IMG/VR virus record: IMGVR_UViG_3300045988_174509
Source: a virus
Direction: 5' to 3' (one strand)
Length of the DNA: 64,000 nucleotides
Below the pieces are notes generated by a model. The model saw nothing but the letters and a program-made list of their open reading frames with translations. It did no database searches and was not told the DNA's origin. A program made the translations under genes and the position numbers. Positions 21,301 to 28,643 of this stretch are shown piece by piece; within the stretch, counting starts at the first letter, position 1, and every line of letters begins with the position of its first letter.

Positions 21301-22500
21301 ATCCTCCGCTTCCTCTTCCAGTTCATGGCCCAGGGTGCCCTCAAGCTTCTGGATAAGGACGATCAGGTCCAGCTGATTACCAACGCAGAAGTCATGAAGA
21401 CCGCATCCAGGCTCGGACTGATCCCGGACTACGACAAGTTCGGCACCAACCTGGGGTTCTTCAACAAGGGCACGGGGCGGTGGAGCTACATGAACCTGGA
21501 GTATGCCGCTCCGTTTAAGAACGTAGCCTCCCTGGTCAGCAGTGCCTGGAAGATGGCAACGGCGGAAGATGAAGGAAAGAAAGAAGGCTGGGATGAAATG
21601 GAGAACCTGATGGAGAGCACCATAGGGAGCCCCTCCATGCTCCTGTCTCTGATGAACACCTACCTATTCGACCCGAACGACAAGTTCAACTACAAGGCCG
21701 CGCCGGAAAAATCAGGGAACATCAGCCTTGCGGATGCCGTGGGGAATGCCGCCCTGATTTCCTTCGGGTTCCAGCCAAGCCTGGGACATGGCTACACCTA
21801 CAAGCCCCTGGAGCGGATCGCTACGGCGATCAACAAGGAGACTCCCGTCTGGTCTGCGGTTTCTTCCATCCTCCACCAGAGCTTTGAGGATGATCCCAAC
21901 AACGTGTGGTATGAAACAGCCCTGAAGCATGCGGGGTTTGGCATGCGCCATGGCAAGTCCTTTGTGGATGCCGCCGCCAACGGGGTGAAGACCGCCAAGG
22001 TTTCCGACAACCACGCCAAGCGGCTCCGTGTTCTCAGTGAAAGGTATCTGGATATTCCTATTGACACCCTGAAAGAGTTCACTACCTTTGACATAGCCCA
22101 GAGGAAGGAAGCCTATGCAGACCTGGGGAGTACGCTTAACGGGATCAAGGCCCTGACTGAAACACTGTACGGAACCACCGCCGGGCGCACTGCCTTCCGG
22201 GATATTCTTGACCGGAGCAATGTCAGCCTGAAGACTGCGCGCTGGGCCATGCGCGGAGTCATGCCGGAGGTGATCACCAAGGACGCAGTAGTGAGTGCCT
22301 TTGAACGGCTGGACCGTGAAGCCCGGAAGCCGGGAACCAGTGAAGCCCGGAAGCCGGGAACCAGTGAAGCCCGGAAGCAGAGAATCCAGGAGCAGAAGAA
22401 ACTCATCCGCCGGGTTTACCGGGAACGGGGAGTCAAGGTAACAGACCAGATGGAATCTGCAAGTACGTATAAAACGTTATTTAAAAATCTGGAGCAATAA
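12331..22500 (+). CDS. giant multidomain virion protein (~3,390 aa) with HExxH zincin motif; possible ejected/virion-packaged enzyme
   Basis: A single uninterrupted 10.2 kb ORF. It has an N-terminal EARAERS-type repeat, a Gly/Ala-rich hydrophobic stretch, FIHEAVHLVDQ (HExxH), and a C-terminal 8-aa tandem repeat (EARKPGTS x2.5). Start moved to ATG 12331, because the track start 12277 lies inside the upstream terminator hairpin. Confidence 0.7.
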   Translation: MAIDFSTLGPIQPGLDARQESQARARTNFAQRQEDRGRTKAVEPLKAMADFDSLLAKELGSLEKTQKTEARQEKTEARAERSEARAERSAERAETSFEQGQKKWDWALNDRAREEANRDLAKITKSSTSGINAQSIEELEDWVKTPETELYDLKTASSDENALGIIASRLGVEKIEGALPTPTTSEDVETPPYFLSRQGLALRPDGSYIVTNKFIDSVARSKADSSKLASAVSKQLNAGVKASNRDGLSSTPITATATEEEIKEMIDTIRSGDKKVHAAVKAIYDKHIPEDKKTQASEAQTETETPEAQEGKTPVGEPGSGGSSADETPGNFTSTVLDEAEWLATNPAKFTELTQQYLNSLVEQGMNAPEVQRAELAGQRAVARENYIRGVETLLERTFQDVDPKEAGEALRNEARVAEKVLDMYGGAPAEALAQIERRTEELAKAHPGNESLRNQDKAKAIYEYLDSVIPGFNASGAEADALQQIVEENIVGATKTPSLNDAATAAMRHYRSSLGQVSDMTGTVMEGATRFNIPGLRYENKSDDEATRNPLEKMTWEPGKGGWKFGFKRSNGSMEDSFSISYEGLRSYMAEHKLNQQDALNSIAFPTTLGDVAYAKDGLLFARNPYTGEVEENATLAMNPTALYDNSLYQKSLEGLRSSGMSDEEIAAVDKKYQDAKARSAAETVQGLLQTYSEMQSMAELTGSETLGKILEPDSSVDFRIFHARMKRDRMSDTFILEQWNDKEEQWDRQVQRVIQGTQRKAVDMGVTAGLAIAQQLNGVLGPRDSAATLSNQWKIVNESREAATRVTQSNLFTEWGTELAFLAVQMAGTGAAGIAGRTAGEALATQGIRRVAAGMALRSQAAATVARPGIAQSAEVAFSRTMEGIVHGATRSWGATAGTQAAIFSQVAPYAYGDIFSTQLDRAIKHAETLPQDQRGAYLSDAQNLANLRATAGAVIVGMASMAINSRAGMNTFITKSVGGKTWVPESIKKFRQGSSTIASKVTGNTTRERLSSFGALSTKEKVLYMGNKLYQGGKLAVEGAAEELTDEFSEWLWTSLVKDGYIAEDQIGTTAEIAAAAVKIAVLGAIGEVTASRLPGARESVPPEILAQAQRADVGIKPEETLHALNAISIDMRTELETKQGTLAQTIATAGDSAVEVLNTNLSEPVKAEYVEGNKAVAAKAGEIVDNISNAPVYVNELAAEVGGEALTPGVLEAWTQNSIVLGAQNVTLLRSFAQNLKEEIATASPEGRARLVENALSNITERMINPTPEKKEIMRSMVDQIAEIYNEAPVELTQVDDSLNFMPTGNETVDVIGEVASMAGPAAVTTGVATEAPAPPIQIPQLPGASALDTNAEVEVLGTRMPVRDIAPVKPEPLESPTAPPLAELTDASLSGPLDSASPEAREWATQVITGLESFDPETAQWITKGREATTLTDAEVARMVTLNQLTGPAAPLTVDDTGRTLVTEPNAIRYNNRAPAEIAGELNDYQSQVLSFMPEKSGDGLALVDRFLSTQEITPQERRVLESVREYLRKNNLGFGVSRIHTDMIESWNAPALVDFADPDSPLMVVNTLFAPVAGDFKNTFIHEAVHLVDQHQRMTNPDYGNQLRSMKLALRENWNELVGILEKESQQAPDNESRLAIETAIEDMAYGLDISEAQAVANNDNEFASVLLSNPVFRHLASQMKEGGESITFEDLSSPATLAALAESVTPPSSFLGRVFESLKNVFNKILGRYKNLEKDNFSLLKDMGEEWTAWKERHSEAARKLDEAAPLDGSRWLIPDDPTAMKNTGYQDAGLILRTQGQQIPTPTADTGTAFSPTRYGFMGEVGGNLGENWFNLTMAGARQAATWFNMGAAKFGYQKAINKLDSQQVPVFTEQDSLRVREQMTAQDMGQRYVIQQVHQIANWVNAMKLKPEEQKSLAIAIRDYVGNTDNLARPKEIQRIYADTQTQLQQAAVDRDRAVAAAKEGVVRTKAAYEKELAAIVGRIRESTSEGVILGLRSGLDTARRFIRDKSMPPKNDALAQMQALMIARQQEVNQINEQVKAFKAASPEFADGVDLLRREVIANLNEALAGELDLAARQISRDLAEGETSPVELLKEIRNSLGLKDIGKLGDMGSAIEKAVKNYRKLALASAPEAANALHNIALAQERAGREIAQANAVYEGRTRRAGYDSKGIYHPAGTIYQNRDFRIEQEQRHMQAEYLKRRERASELLNQYPAIKQRLTRARKQIAQNQYDIYSFLGSEAGRLSAADMNWLHRTYLAVGAGNADAYRKAMMEALENPQGKKVSEYQLARIYSATRAYIEENNSKVNGYISTVVDRMKNYAALYDRLTDSGIQVDGKPSTYSDLFKGIPGVESLQQGILKFLNENYSEMQILSDLKHGDNMVEIVDKALAVSRYLGDQHPGERKKLRDQLNQIKRHQADYARDAFLLESMGVEEHDLRGFITSAEDTAELAARLEQTGWVDSRTVKTIMDAPEATMSQRVTALIDYLRAKADLQMQRLGLGYTIDPEKLTSMNRTSLRKGMVELANQAFASTLSKKRSTENPLALRKNLPLSERIILGELGDASVSEATGLIEASLSYQKDTLVNTVMSDEAANTFLKLGLVTARPKGDEDVLLSFKNSHSKLNGTYASHELADSLYRIFRPTDDVMANESTWPGIKKYWSTNSVGTIQKLGGMANIAVLIKSPASTLRNLYGTAMQGINSGIWFPAYGLKEVSGMAVDLVRMWKLERAAKDNTLAGREAQEKLLEAEERWSKKIKHYYDLGLLDNDTMQVFRNLWKSEEFQKAIEGKIDLTLDESDGLTDIVVGDRKERTLANRTFRFLTTGIMKGATVAYSIPDAMAKIANYTHEVRNSRNLMAVQLERAKLTEESKRTPWQKELVEASADENKWNALVEHTAADRTKNLFPTGTRTPKWVKTVGLVALPFFMFQYHTANSVAYNLGYMVQELQEGTWALRNGMTKEGSKLMAKALSRAAGTAAAVVAQEEILRFLFQFMAQGALKLLDKDDQVQLITNAEVMKTASRLGLIPDYDKFGTNLGFFNKGTGRWSYMNLEYAAPFKNVASLVSSAWKMATAEDEGKKEGWDEMENLMESTIGSPSMLLSLMNTYLFDPNDKFNYKAAPEKSGNISLADAVGNAALISFGFQPSLGHGYTYKPLERIATAINKETPVWSAVSSILHQSFEDDPNNVWYETALKHAGFGMRHGKSFVDAAANGVKTAKVSDNHAKRLRVLSERYLDIPIDTLKEFTTFDIAQRKEAYADLGSTLNGIKALTETLYGTTAGRTAFRDILDRSNVSLKTARWAMRGVMPEVITKDAVVSAFERLDREARKPGTSEARKPGTSEARKQRIQEQKKLIRRVYRERGVKVTDQMESASTYKTLFKNLEQ
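22318..22380 (+). repeat. 24-bp tandem repeat x2.6 inside the giant ORF C-terminus (EARKPGTS)
   Basis: gaagcccggaagccgggaaccagt repeated, in frame. Confidence 0.7.
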
Positions 22501-22518
22501 ATCCTTTACAAGGACAGG

Positions 22519-22556
22519 CGGCTTGGTATCCTTCGGGGTATCAAGCCGTTTTTATT
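22519..22556 (+). terminator. rho-independent terminator, 13-bp stem with UUCG tetraloop and T5
   Basis: cggcttggtatcc-ttcg-gggtatcaagccg, then ttttt, immediately after the giant ORF stop. Confidence 0.6.
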
Positions 22557-23072
22557 ATGCACGAACGAGAAGTAATCCAGGAAATTGTTGAGGCACAGAA
22601 CCGACCAGGGTTCAGGGACGTGGAAAGCATCCTGAGTCAGGAAGAAAAAAAAACCGAGGATGTAGTCAACCATCCTTCCCACTACACCAGCCATCCCTCT
22701 GGCATTGAATGCCTGGAGATTACCCGGCACCTTCCCTTCTCTCTGGGAAATGCCGTCAAGTATTTATGGCGCGCGGGATTAAAAGGGGGAGAGGAAAAAA
22801 GAATAGAGGACTGGAAGAAAGCCGGATTCTATTTGCAGGATCATCAGAATAATATCGGCAAGGTCTTTGAAACATTCAACCTGCACCTGATCATAGCCCG
22901 CTTTCATTCCTGGGTGAAGACCGCAAGGGAGGGAGTAACCTGGGAGGATCGCGTTATCGACTTGGTTCTCTCCCTCTATGATGGAAGTGATCTGGTAACC
23001 ATTCGCAGAGACCTGATCCTCATCAAGGCAATTGGAATTGTCAACGAAAAAATTGTTGACGCTGAGAAATAA
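22557..23072 (+). CDS. DUF3310-like phage protein
   Basis: 171 aa. The NHPSHY...GIECLEI...GNAVKYLWRAGLKG...IEDWKKAGFYL pattern matches my recollection of the DUF3310 family common in phages. Confidence 0.4.
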   Translation: MHEREVIQEIVEAQNRPGFRDVESILSQEEKKTEDVVNHPSHYTSHPSGIECLEITRHLPFSLGNAVKYLWRAGLKGGEEKRIEDWKKAGFYLQDHQNNIGKVFETFNLHLIIARFHSWVKTAREGVTWEDRVIDLVLSLYDGSDLVTIRRDLILIKAIGIVNEKIVDAEK

Positions 23073-23164
23073 ATAAGGTATATACAATGCAGGGAGACCT
23101 AAAGCCTCCCTGATGAAAGAAAAGGTATGAGGGCCGGGAAGAATTTCTTCCTGGCTCTCCCTTT

Positions 23165-23641
23165 TTACAGGAATGATCCCTCAGCAAAAAGCTGGTAGGC
23201 CCGGGCATACTTCCCGCCCCACCCAATTTCGATATGGGATTTCCCATATCGGTAGAGCTCTTCCTTCTCCATGCCAGTGAAAAGGATTTTATATTTCAGC
23301 AGGTCATCCCGAAGATAAAGCTTGACAGGCTTCCCATTGGCCGGGGAAATTCCCGGGAGGTGGAAGGAACCAATGGGGCTCCGGGCAATGAGCCTGCGCC
23401 AGAGCTGGCGGTCAATGCCGGATTGAAGAAAATCTTCCTCATGCTCCATGAAAAAAGTGTAAAGGGAAACATGGGTTCCCTCATAGTCCCCGCAATACCT
23501 GGGCTTATAGGAAAAAATTCTTGCATGAATTGATCCGCGTTTGCAGGGAATGCACTGAGCGCGGGCTATGCGATAGACCTGGGAGCGGGAAAGCTTCAGC
23601 CGGGAGGCCGCTTCAGATACCAACACAAATTCTTCCTTCAT
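23165..23641 (-). CDS. HTH DNA-binding protein (Xis/AlpA-like N-terminus)
   Basis: VSEAASRLKLSRSQVYRIARAQ helix-turn-helix motif. The track start is GTG at 23650; the first ATG is at 23641. Confidence 0.4.
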   Translation of the reverse strand: MKEEFVLVSEAASRLKLSRSQVYRIARAQCIPCKRGSIHARIFSYKPRYCGDYEGTHVSLYTFFMEHEEDFLQSGIDRQLWRRLIARSPIGSFHLPGISPANGKPVKLYLRDDLLKYKILFTGMEKEELYRYGKSHIEIGWGGKYARAYQLFAEGSFL

Positions 23642-24237
23642 TTCCAGCACGCGGATTTAATATCAAAGTGGCACTTGACGGAGAGATCACATCCGCATAA
23701 TGTGCAATACAAAACAGGGCGACCTTCAGCCAGACTTCCCCGTTCCTTCACCAGCTCATGCAAAAACTTGCGGGCCGAGCCCCCGGCTCCGCATGATTCG
23801 CATCCCTCCTTCTCCATGTCCGGCGGAGGTACAGGCGTGGACTTGGGGCACCGGGAGCAAATCTCATAGCGGCGGCGGGCTTCGGATATATCTACGAACC
23901 TGTGCCCTCTGCGGTACCAAAGGATCATGGTGAGAAAAAAGCCCAGCACTTTCCTGGCTGTCATCGGCTGGTGCTCCGGCCAGGAGATTCCTTCATCCCC
24001 GCAGGATTCACAGTATCCTTCCGGGAGCTGGAGACACAGGGCCTGATGGAAAGCATCTTCGTCATAGGTCTCATCGTTGTTGCGGAGAATGGAAGCCATT
24101 TGATTCCGCAGTTCCACCAGCGTGGGTGCCGTAATCAAGGTTCCCTGGAGTCTGGGGCTCAGGGCTTCAGGGATTCGGAACTTCCACCCGCCCGGGGGCG
24201 TGACATGCAGATTGGGATGAGCTAAAATTTTAGGCAT
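23638..24237 (-). CDS. Cys-rich zinc-finger protein
   Basis: 199 aa with several CxxC pairs (CESCGDEG, CSRCPK, CESCGAGG, CTLCGC). Confidence 0.45.
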   Translation of the reverse strand: MPKILAHPNLHVTPPGGWKFRIPEALSPRLQGTLITAPTLVELRNQMASILRNNDETYDEDAFHQALCLQLPEGYCESCGDEGISWPEHQPMTARKVLGFFLTMILWYRRGHRFVDISEARRRYEICSRCPKSTPVPPPDMEKEGCESCGAGGSARKFLHELVKERGSLAEGRPVLYCTLCGCDLSVKCHFDIKSACWK

Positions 24238-24292
24238 GCCCTGATGATAGAGGCATGCCTAAAGAAAAGCAAGACGGAAAATGGGAAGCCTT

Positions 24293-24571
24293 CTACTTCA
24301 GATAAAGATCAGCATCCTTTTCCGAGATGGGGTAAGCACAGGCATCATTCAGACCAGCACTTATATCATAGAGACAGGAAGTCAGCTCCTGGTTTTCAGC
24401 GGCAACAATGCCCAGCCTGTATTGTATAAATTCCTTTTTTTTCTGAAGAGTCTTGAACCAGTTGCGCCATGCCTCCAACTCCTTTGCTACTGCATAAGAA
24501 TCAGAAAGCAAGGTATCCAAAGAAGGAGGGGTGTCCTCTAAATTTTTTATGTACTTTTCTAATGTTGACAT
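24293..24571 (-). CDS. hypothetical protein
   Basis: 92-aa ORF with ATG start, overlapping the upstream gene's end by 13 nt. Confidence 0.35.
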   Translation of the reverse strand: MSTLEKYIKNLEDTPPSLDTLLSDSYAVAKELEAWRNWFKTLQKKKEFIQYRLGIVAAENQELTSCLYDISAGLNDACAYPISEKDADLYLK

Positions 24572-25110
24572 GTTTTTGAACGGTAAACTTGAGCCCAGTA
24601 GAACCGGGCTATTTTGTTTTTAATATCCACCACAACAAATTCAGAAAGGGTGAAGGGAGAATTCCATCGGAAGAAAAACCGAAGACATCTTATCGTGTAT
24701 TGGGCCACCTTCAAGGCAACCTGATAGGCTTCCTCCGGGGAACGGAAGTCTTGAATGTATATGGTTCTGTAAAACGTCTGGGACTTTAAGGGAGTCCTAA
24801 CAAGCACATTGAAATTATTATCACTGAATGCTACCAGACTTGACGGGTCTTTAAACTTTTCCCGGTAGGATTCTTCCCGAACCCTCTTGGCATCATCCCC
24901 GAATACATATCTTGTCCTGCTTACAATAAGAGAAGCCTCCTCATAATTAAACTGGCTCTCCAGTTCAGGGTTATGCTTCTTTGGATTCTGAAGCCGGGGG
25001 ATAACTTCCCCCGGCTCTCCTCCATCCAGAGTGCTGACATCATACCGGATGCCCCTCCGTGGCATGCGGAGGCTCCGGTATGAGGGACTAAATCTTTTCT
25101 TCTTGATCAT
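24559..25110 (-). CDS. hypothetical protein
   Basis: 183-aa ORF, ATG start. Confidence 0.4.
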   Translation of the reverse strand: MIKKKRFSPSYRSLRMPRRGIRYDVSTLDGGEPGEVIPRLQNPKKHNPELESQFNYEEASLIVSRTRYVFGDDAKRVREESYREKFKDPSSLVAFSDNNFNVLVRTPLKSQTFYRTIYIQDFRSPEEAYQVALKVAQYTIRCLRFFFRWNSPFTLSEFVVVDIKNKIARFYWAQVYRSKTCQH

Positions 25111-25669
25111 CTATTTTAACAGCCTCAAAAAATTCATAGTCAAGCAGTTCAGATAGAGGAAGGCTCCCACATTCTAAAGGTTCGTCAAATCCATTGATAT
25201 TCTTCCAGTAATAGTGGCCTGAAACTTTTAGAAGTTTAAGAAGCGAAGTAGTTCCAGTCTGGGGGTTTTTTAGTTTGACAAACTTGCCAGACATCATCAA
25301 GTCAATAGCTTTTCCTATTGTGATGGACCTCTCATATTGAATCTCTGCTTTTAAATGGAATCCATTTTTAATAGTTTCAGGAGCCCAGTTAAGAAAGGTT
25401 TGTAATTCTGAAAAATATACTGGGTTTTCCTCTGAATCTTTCATGACGCTGACTATGACCTGTACAAACTGGTTCTTACAGTTGCGTTTTATTTTTCTTA
25501 GCTTCCCATTAAAGAACTGATACAGAAATTGATCCCCAGGCTTATGAGTAAACAGGATTTCCAGACCCTCCTTAAATGAAACAGGGTTGGACAAGTAAAC
25601 TCCAAAATTTTTACATTGAAAATATTCTTTAAGAGAATTCATAAAAATTATAGTTGTTAAATTTCTCAC
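25088..25669 (-). CDS. hypothetical protein
   Basis: 193-aa ORF. The track start is GTG; an in-frame ATG lies at 25642. Confidence 0.35.
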   Translation of the reverse strand: MRNLTTIIFMNSLKEYFQCKNFGVYLSNPVSFKEGLEILFTHKPGDQFLYQFFNGKLRKIKRNCKNQFVQVIVSVMKDSEENPVYFSELQTFLNWAPETIKNGFHLKAEIQYERSITIGKAIDLMMSGKFVKLKNPQTGTTSLLKLLKVSGHYYWKNINGFDEPLECGSLPLSELLDYEFFEAVKIDDQEEKI

Positions 25670-26081
25670 GAGTTGCCATTATATCATAGGAGTCAGTTTC
25701 TATAATGAGTCCTTTCAAGGCATCACAAATTCTAATATCTTTGAACCTATGAGAATAGATTGCCAGCCTCTTCCCTGTCACTAGCTTTTCAACAGCCGCG
25801 TCAAAGGCAAGAGCCTTGGCCAATGGAAGGACAGTATCCAAAACAAATCCTTCTTCCTTTAGTTGAGGATCAAACTTGGCCGGGGCTACCTGAGAATAGA
25901 GAACCGAACCATTAGGGAGTCTTGCACACTTTCTTTCCATGAGGGCCCCTTCATCGTAATCAAAAATGTAGCGGACCGCATAGGAATCTTTTTCCGCGAC
26001 ATGTCGATAAAGGCAATGCACGCCGTTCGGGTTAGTCAGGGCGCAAAGACCCTCTTTAAATGTATAATGTTTAGTGTCCAT
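25629..26081 (-). CDS. hypothetical protein
   Basis: 150-aa ORF, ATG start. Confidence 0.4.
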   Translation of the reverse strand: MDTKHYTFKEGLCALTNPNGVHCLYRHVAEKDSYAVRYIFDYDEGALMERKCARLPNGSVLYSQVAPAKFDPQLKEEGFVLDTVLPLAKALAFDAAVEKLVTGKRLAIYSHRFKDIRICDALKGLIIETDSYDIMATREKFNNYNFYEFS

Positions 26082-26412
26082 CAGGGTTACGGGTTAGGTT
26101 GTCAAAGTATTTTATTCCATCATCAGAAATTATGTAGGCTTTAGGAAAGGTATCAGGAACTAAAAGGACAAGACCAATGCGCCTCAATGAGCTCAGATAC
26201 TTTCCAATGCTTGCCCGGTCAACCAGATTGGCCGCGGCAATTTCTTTTACAGTCACAGCGGCAGGCTGGAGAAGGATAAAGCAAAGCAGTTTCACTTCCT
26301 TGTGCCGGAGTATGCAGTTACGGTCGTAATGGGCAAAGTAATTAAACAGCAGGCGAGCCTTCGGTTTCACCCGCTCCATTAGGTCCTTCTTTTTTCTCTT
26401 CCAGTTTAGCAT
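26071..26412 (-). CDS. winged-helix DNA-binding protein, paralog family 3 of 3
   Basis: The helix pattern LLCFILLQPAAVTVKEIAAANLVDRASIGKYLSSLRRIGLV...DDGIKYF is shared with 859..1182 and 49397..49690. The track start is TTG 26421; the ATG is at 26412. Confidence 0.4.
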   Translation of the reverse strand: MLNWKRKKKDLMERVKPKARLLFNYFAHYDRNCILRHKEVKLLCFILLQPAAVTVKEIAAANLVDRASIGKYLSSLRRIGLVLLVPDTFPKAYIISDDGIKYFDNLTRNPDGH

Positions 26413-26899
26413 ATGTTTCAATAATTTTTTGTTTAGATATGACCCCCTTCATCAGCAGGAGAGGAATGGCGTAATTTGTGCATTCAGTAATGTGCTTCTT
26501 CTTCTCTTCCGGATTCCCGGTCAGCTTGTATAGCTGACATCCGAGGAGCAGAACGATTGCGTTGACGAGGATATTAGGGGGACAGATTAAATCAGTTTTC
26601 CCCCAGTCCTCTTCCAGCACCTTGACAGATTGCTCTACCAAATCACACCCGGCATTCAGGCAGGCATTCAGGAGTCCGTTCACTTCCTCCTCATGGAAGA
26701 CTTCCCCCTCCCCAAAACTGTAGAGAGCCATGGCATTTTTCTTAATGCCCTCTATGTCCTCGGGCCCCTGGATAGGAGGAAGGGAGTTGACCAGGGTGCT
26801 GAGGAGCAGAGCCTGATCATTCACTTTCTTTTTTCTGTCCGCTTCCATTTTTTCACAGGTGTGATCCAACTTCTTCTGGAGTTTTGTTTTCTTTTTCAT
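26342..26899 (-). CDS. hypothetical protein
   Basis: 185-aa ORF, ATG start. Confidence 0.4.
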   Translation of the reverse strand: MKKKTKLQKKLDHTCEKMEADRKKKVNDQALLLSTLVNSLPPIQGPEDIEGIKKNAMALYSFGEGEVFHEEEVNGLLNACLNAGCDLVEQSVKVLEEDWGKTDLICPPNILVNAIVLLLGCQLYKLTGNPEEKKKHITECTNYAIPLLLMKGVISKQKIIETYAKLEEKKEGPNGAGETEGSPAV

Positions 26900-27540
26900 T
26901 TAATAGGTCTTTGAAAATGAGCGCATAGACGTTCCGCCAGGAACATGGGGATTCTAAAAAGAACCTCCACCAAACCTTTGGTAAATTCCTTAACCCTTTC
27001 TTCCTTTCCTTCCTGGTCATTGCCCTCCGTATCAAACAAATTTTCGACATGGCAGGTATTAACAAAACCAACATGGATCAAATAAATTGAAAGAAGAAGA
27101 GTCATCTTTATCACTTTGGGAGGTATTGAACCCTCCCCTCTACTCATGGTCTGATGAAGTTCAATAAGAGACATAAGCTGGGAAATTTTAGGAAGCCTGA
27201 GAATAAACTCAAGCAAATCTATGCTCGCCATGAAAACTTTTTCCCTCATGTAATCAGGTCCGAGAACCTTGACTTCAAGATCGTATTCCTCAAGGATCGA
27301 ATTCAAAGTAGAACACCAGACTTCCTCTATCTTGATCTGGTTTTCTTTGACCCTTAGATCAAAGTCCTTCTCAGTGCAATTCTCTTTTGACTCCCTTAAA
27401 GATTTTATATCTTTGAAAAACTTTCCGAATCCGGAATTAAAATCTTCCATGCTGAAAGCCAGACCTTTACGGAAGACCAGATTAAGCAGATCATCATTGA
27501 TCTCGCCCCATGTAATAGCAGTTTTTTCTGTTGTATTCAT
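26896..27540 (-). CDS. hypothetical protein
   Basis: 214-aa ORF, ATG start. A possible 31-aa upstream ORF (27642..27547) lies between the conserved motif and this gene. Confidence 0.4.
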   Translation of the reverse strand: MNTTEKTAITWGEINDDLLNLVFRKGLAFSMEDFNSGFGKFFKDIKSLRESKENCTEKDFDLRVKENQIKIEEVWCSTLNSILEEYDLEVKVLGPDYMREKVFMASIDLLEFILRLPKISQLMSLIELHQTMSRGEGSIPPKVIKMTLLLSIYLIHVGFVNTCHVENLFDTEGNDQEGKEERVKEFTKGLVEVLFRIPMFLAERLCAHFQRPIK

Positions 27541-27653
27541 ATTGTACTAATGGTTAATAACGTCAAGGAATCCGGGAATCTGGAATTCACGGAACCAGGA
27601 GGTCAAAAACTCCTTGGCTTGCATTAAGGTAAGTAACTTCATGATGATTTATG

Positions 27654-27666
27654 TTGAGGTTCTAAC
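27654..27666 (-). promoter_or_regulatory. conserved leftward motif instance (GTTAGAACCTCAA)
   Basis: Member of the recurring motif with consensus TTTAGAATCTCAAC (minus-strand sense). It lies 11 nt upstream of a possible 31-aa ORF start at 27642. Confidence 0.4.
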
Positions 27667-27679
27667 AAGTTCTAGTGGT

Positions 27680-28252
27680 TTATCGCAAGAAGTAGATAGT
27701 ACATGGGGAACCCGGAATCAGGGAATCAGGGCGCGTCCAGACCTTCAAAGGCTTTAATACCGAATAGGCGGACCGGACATCGTAAAGCATTTGAGAAAGA
27801 TACAGGAGCACCTTTTCAAAACTGCTCACTTGAGCGGCCCCGATTACAACATTGCGGTTCTGGCTTGAGACTTCAATGAAATAACATCCCCGCTCTTCCA
27901 TCTTGTACACGTCCGCTTTGATCACTTCCTTGAGAGGGAGAGCCAGCTCATTCTTCTGGGGCTTCCCCGCCCATCTAAGGCCAAGGATATGGGAGGCATG
28001 CGGACCAAGAACCTTATCAACCTCCTTCTTTATAAGCTTTGACACTGCATCCATCACGATCGTAAGGTCTTCATCCGTGTCAGATGGGGCCGGAGTAATG
28101 AATTGATCTATGGCAAGATAATTGGTAGGGGCCTGAAAGGTGCCGGAGAAATGAATCCTCGCTTCATATCCCGGCAGGTCTTTGGTGATCTTCTTCCATG
28201 CCCCCAAAGCTGCCCGAAGGAATTTCCAATCGGCATCATTAAATTTAATCAT
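27680..28252 (-). CDS. hypothetical protein
   Basis: 190-aa ORF with ATG start, overlapping the upstream gene in ATGATTAA. Confidence 0.45.
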   Translation of the reverse strand: MIKFNDADWKFLRAALGAWKKITKDLPGYEARIHFSGTFQAPTNYLAIDQFITPAPSDTDEDLTIVMDAVSKLIKKEVDKVLGPHASHILGLRWAGKPQKNELALPLKEVIKADVYKMEERGCYFIEVSSQNRNVVIGAAQVSSFEKVLLYLSQMLYDVRSAYSVLKPLKVWTRPDSLIPGSPCTIYFLR

Positions 28253-28643
28253 GATTTTTAATGGCTGTTTTACGTTGAGATTCTAAAGACAGCATTTCTT
28301 TTACAAGTTGCCAGCAAGAAAACAGGTATTGAACTACCCTGTCCATCATCTTGACTGCTGATAAAAGAAGATGGCTTACAGATACATAAACGAAGAACAC
28401 GGCAAGCACATTTAAAAGCAGGGCCATTAGCTTGTCTTCGTTGATCAGGTGATGAATGCTAAACCCAAAAACACTTCCTTCAATGGCGGCTAGAATCCAG
28501 CACCATGATATCCATAATTCAAGAGTCTTGTGAAGGAAATCTCTGAGTTTCCCTGCCTTCAGGTACAGGCCAAGACAAGCGTTCGCCCGTTCGGGCAATG
28601 GAAATCTCAGAAGATACTTGCTCAGAAGTTTATGCGGTTTCAT
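28245..28643 (-). CDS. hypothetical membrane protein
   Basis: 132 aa with 2-3 hydrophobic helices. Its ATG is directly abutted by the conserved TTTAGAATCTCAAC motif. Confidence 0.4.
   Translation of the reverse strand: MKPHKLLSKYLLRFPLPERANACLGLYLKAGKLRDFLHKTLELWISWCWILAAIEGSVFGFSIHHLINEDKLMALLLNVLAVFFVYVSVSHLLLSAVKMMDRVVQYLFSCWQLVKEMLSLESQRKTAIKNHD
28275..28288 (-). promoter_or_regulatory. conserved leftward motif instance (CTTTAGAATCTCAA)
   Basis: Inside the 3' end of 28245..28643, 22 nt upstream of the ATG of 27680..28252. Confidence 0.4.

Noticed and set aside
23072-23165. Bidirectional terminator between the convergent DUF3310-like gene and the leftward block.
   Set aside because: Only short 7-bp stems (CAGGGAG/CTCCCTG; GGAAGAA/TTCTTCC) with weak T-runs are present. 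They are not convincing enough to call as a feature.
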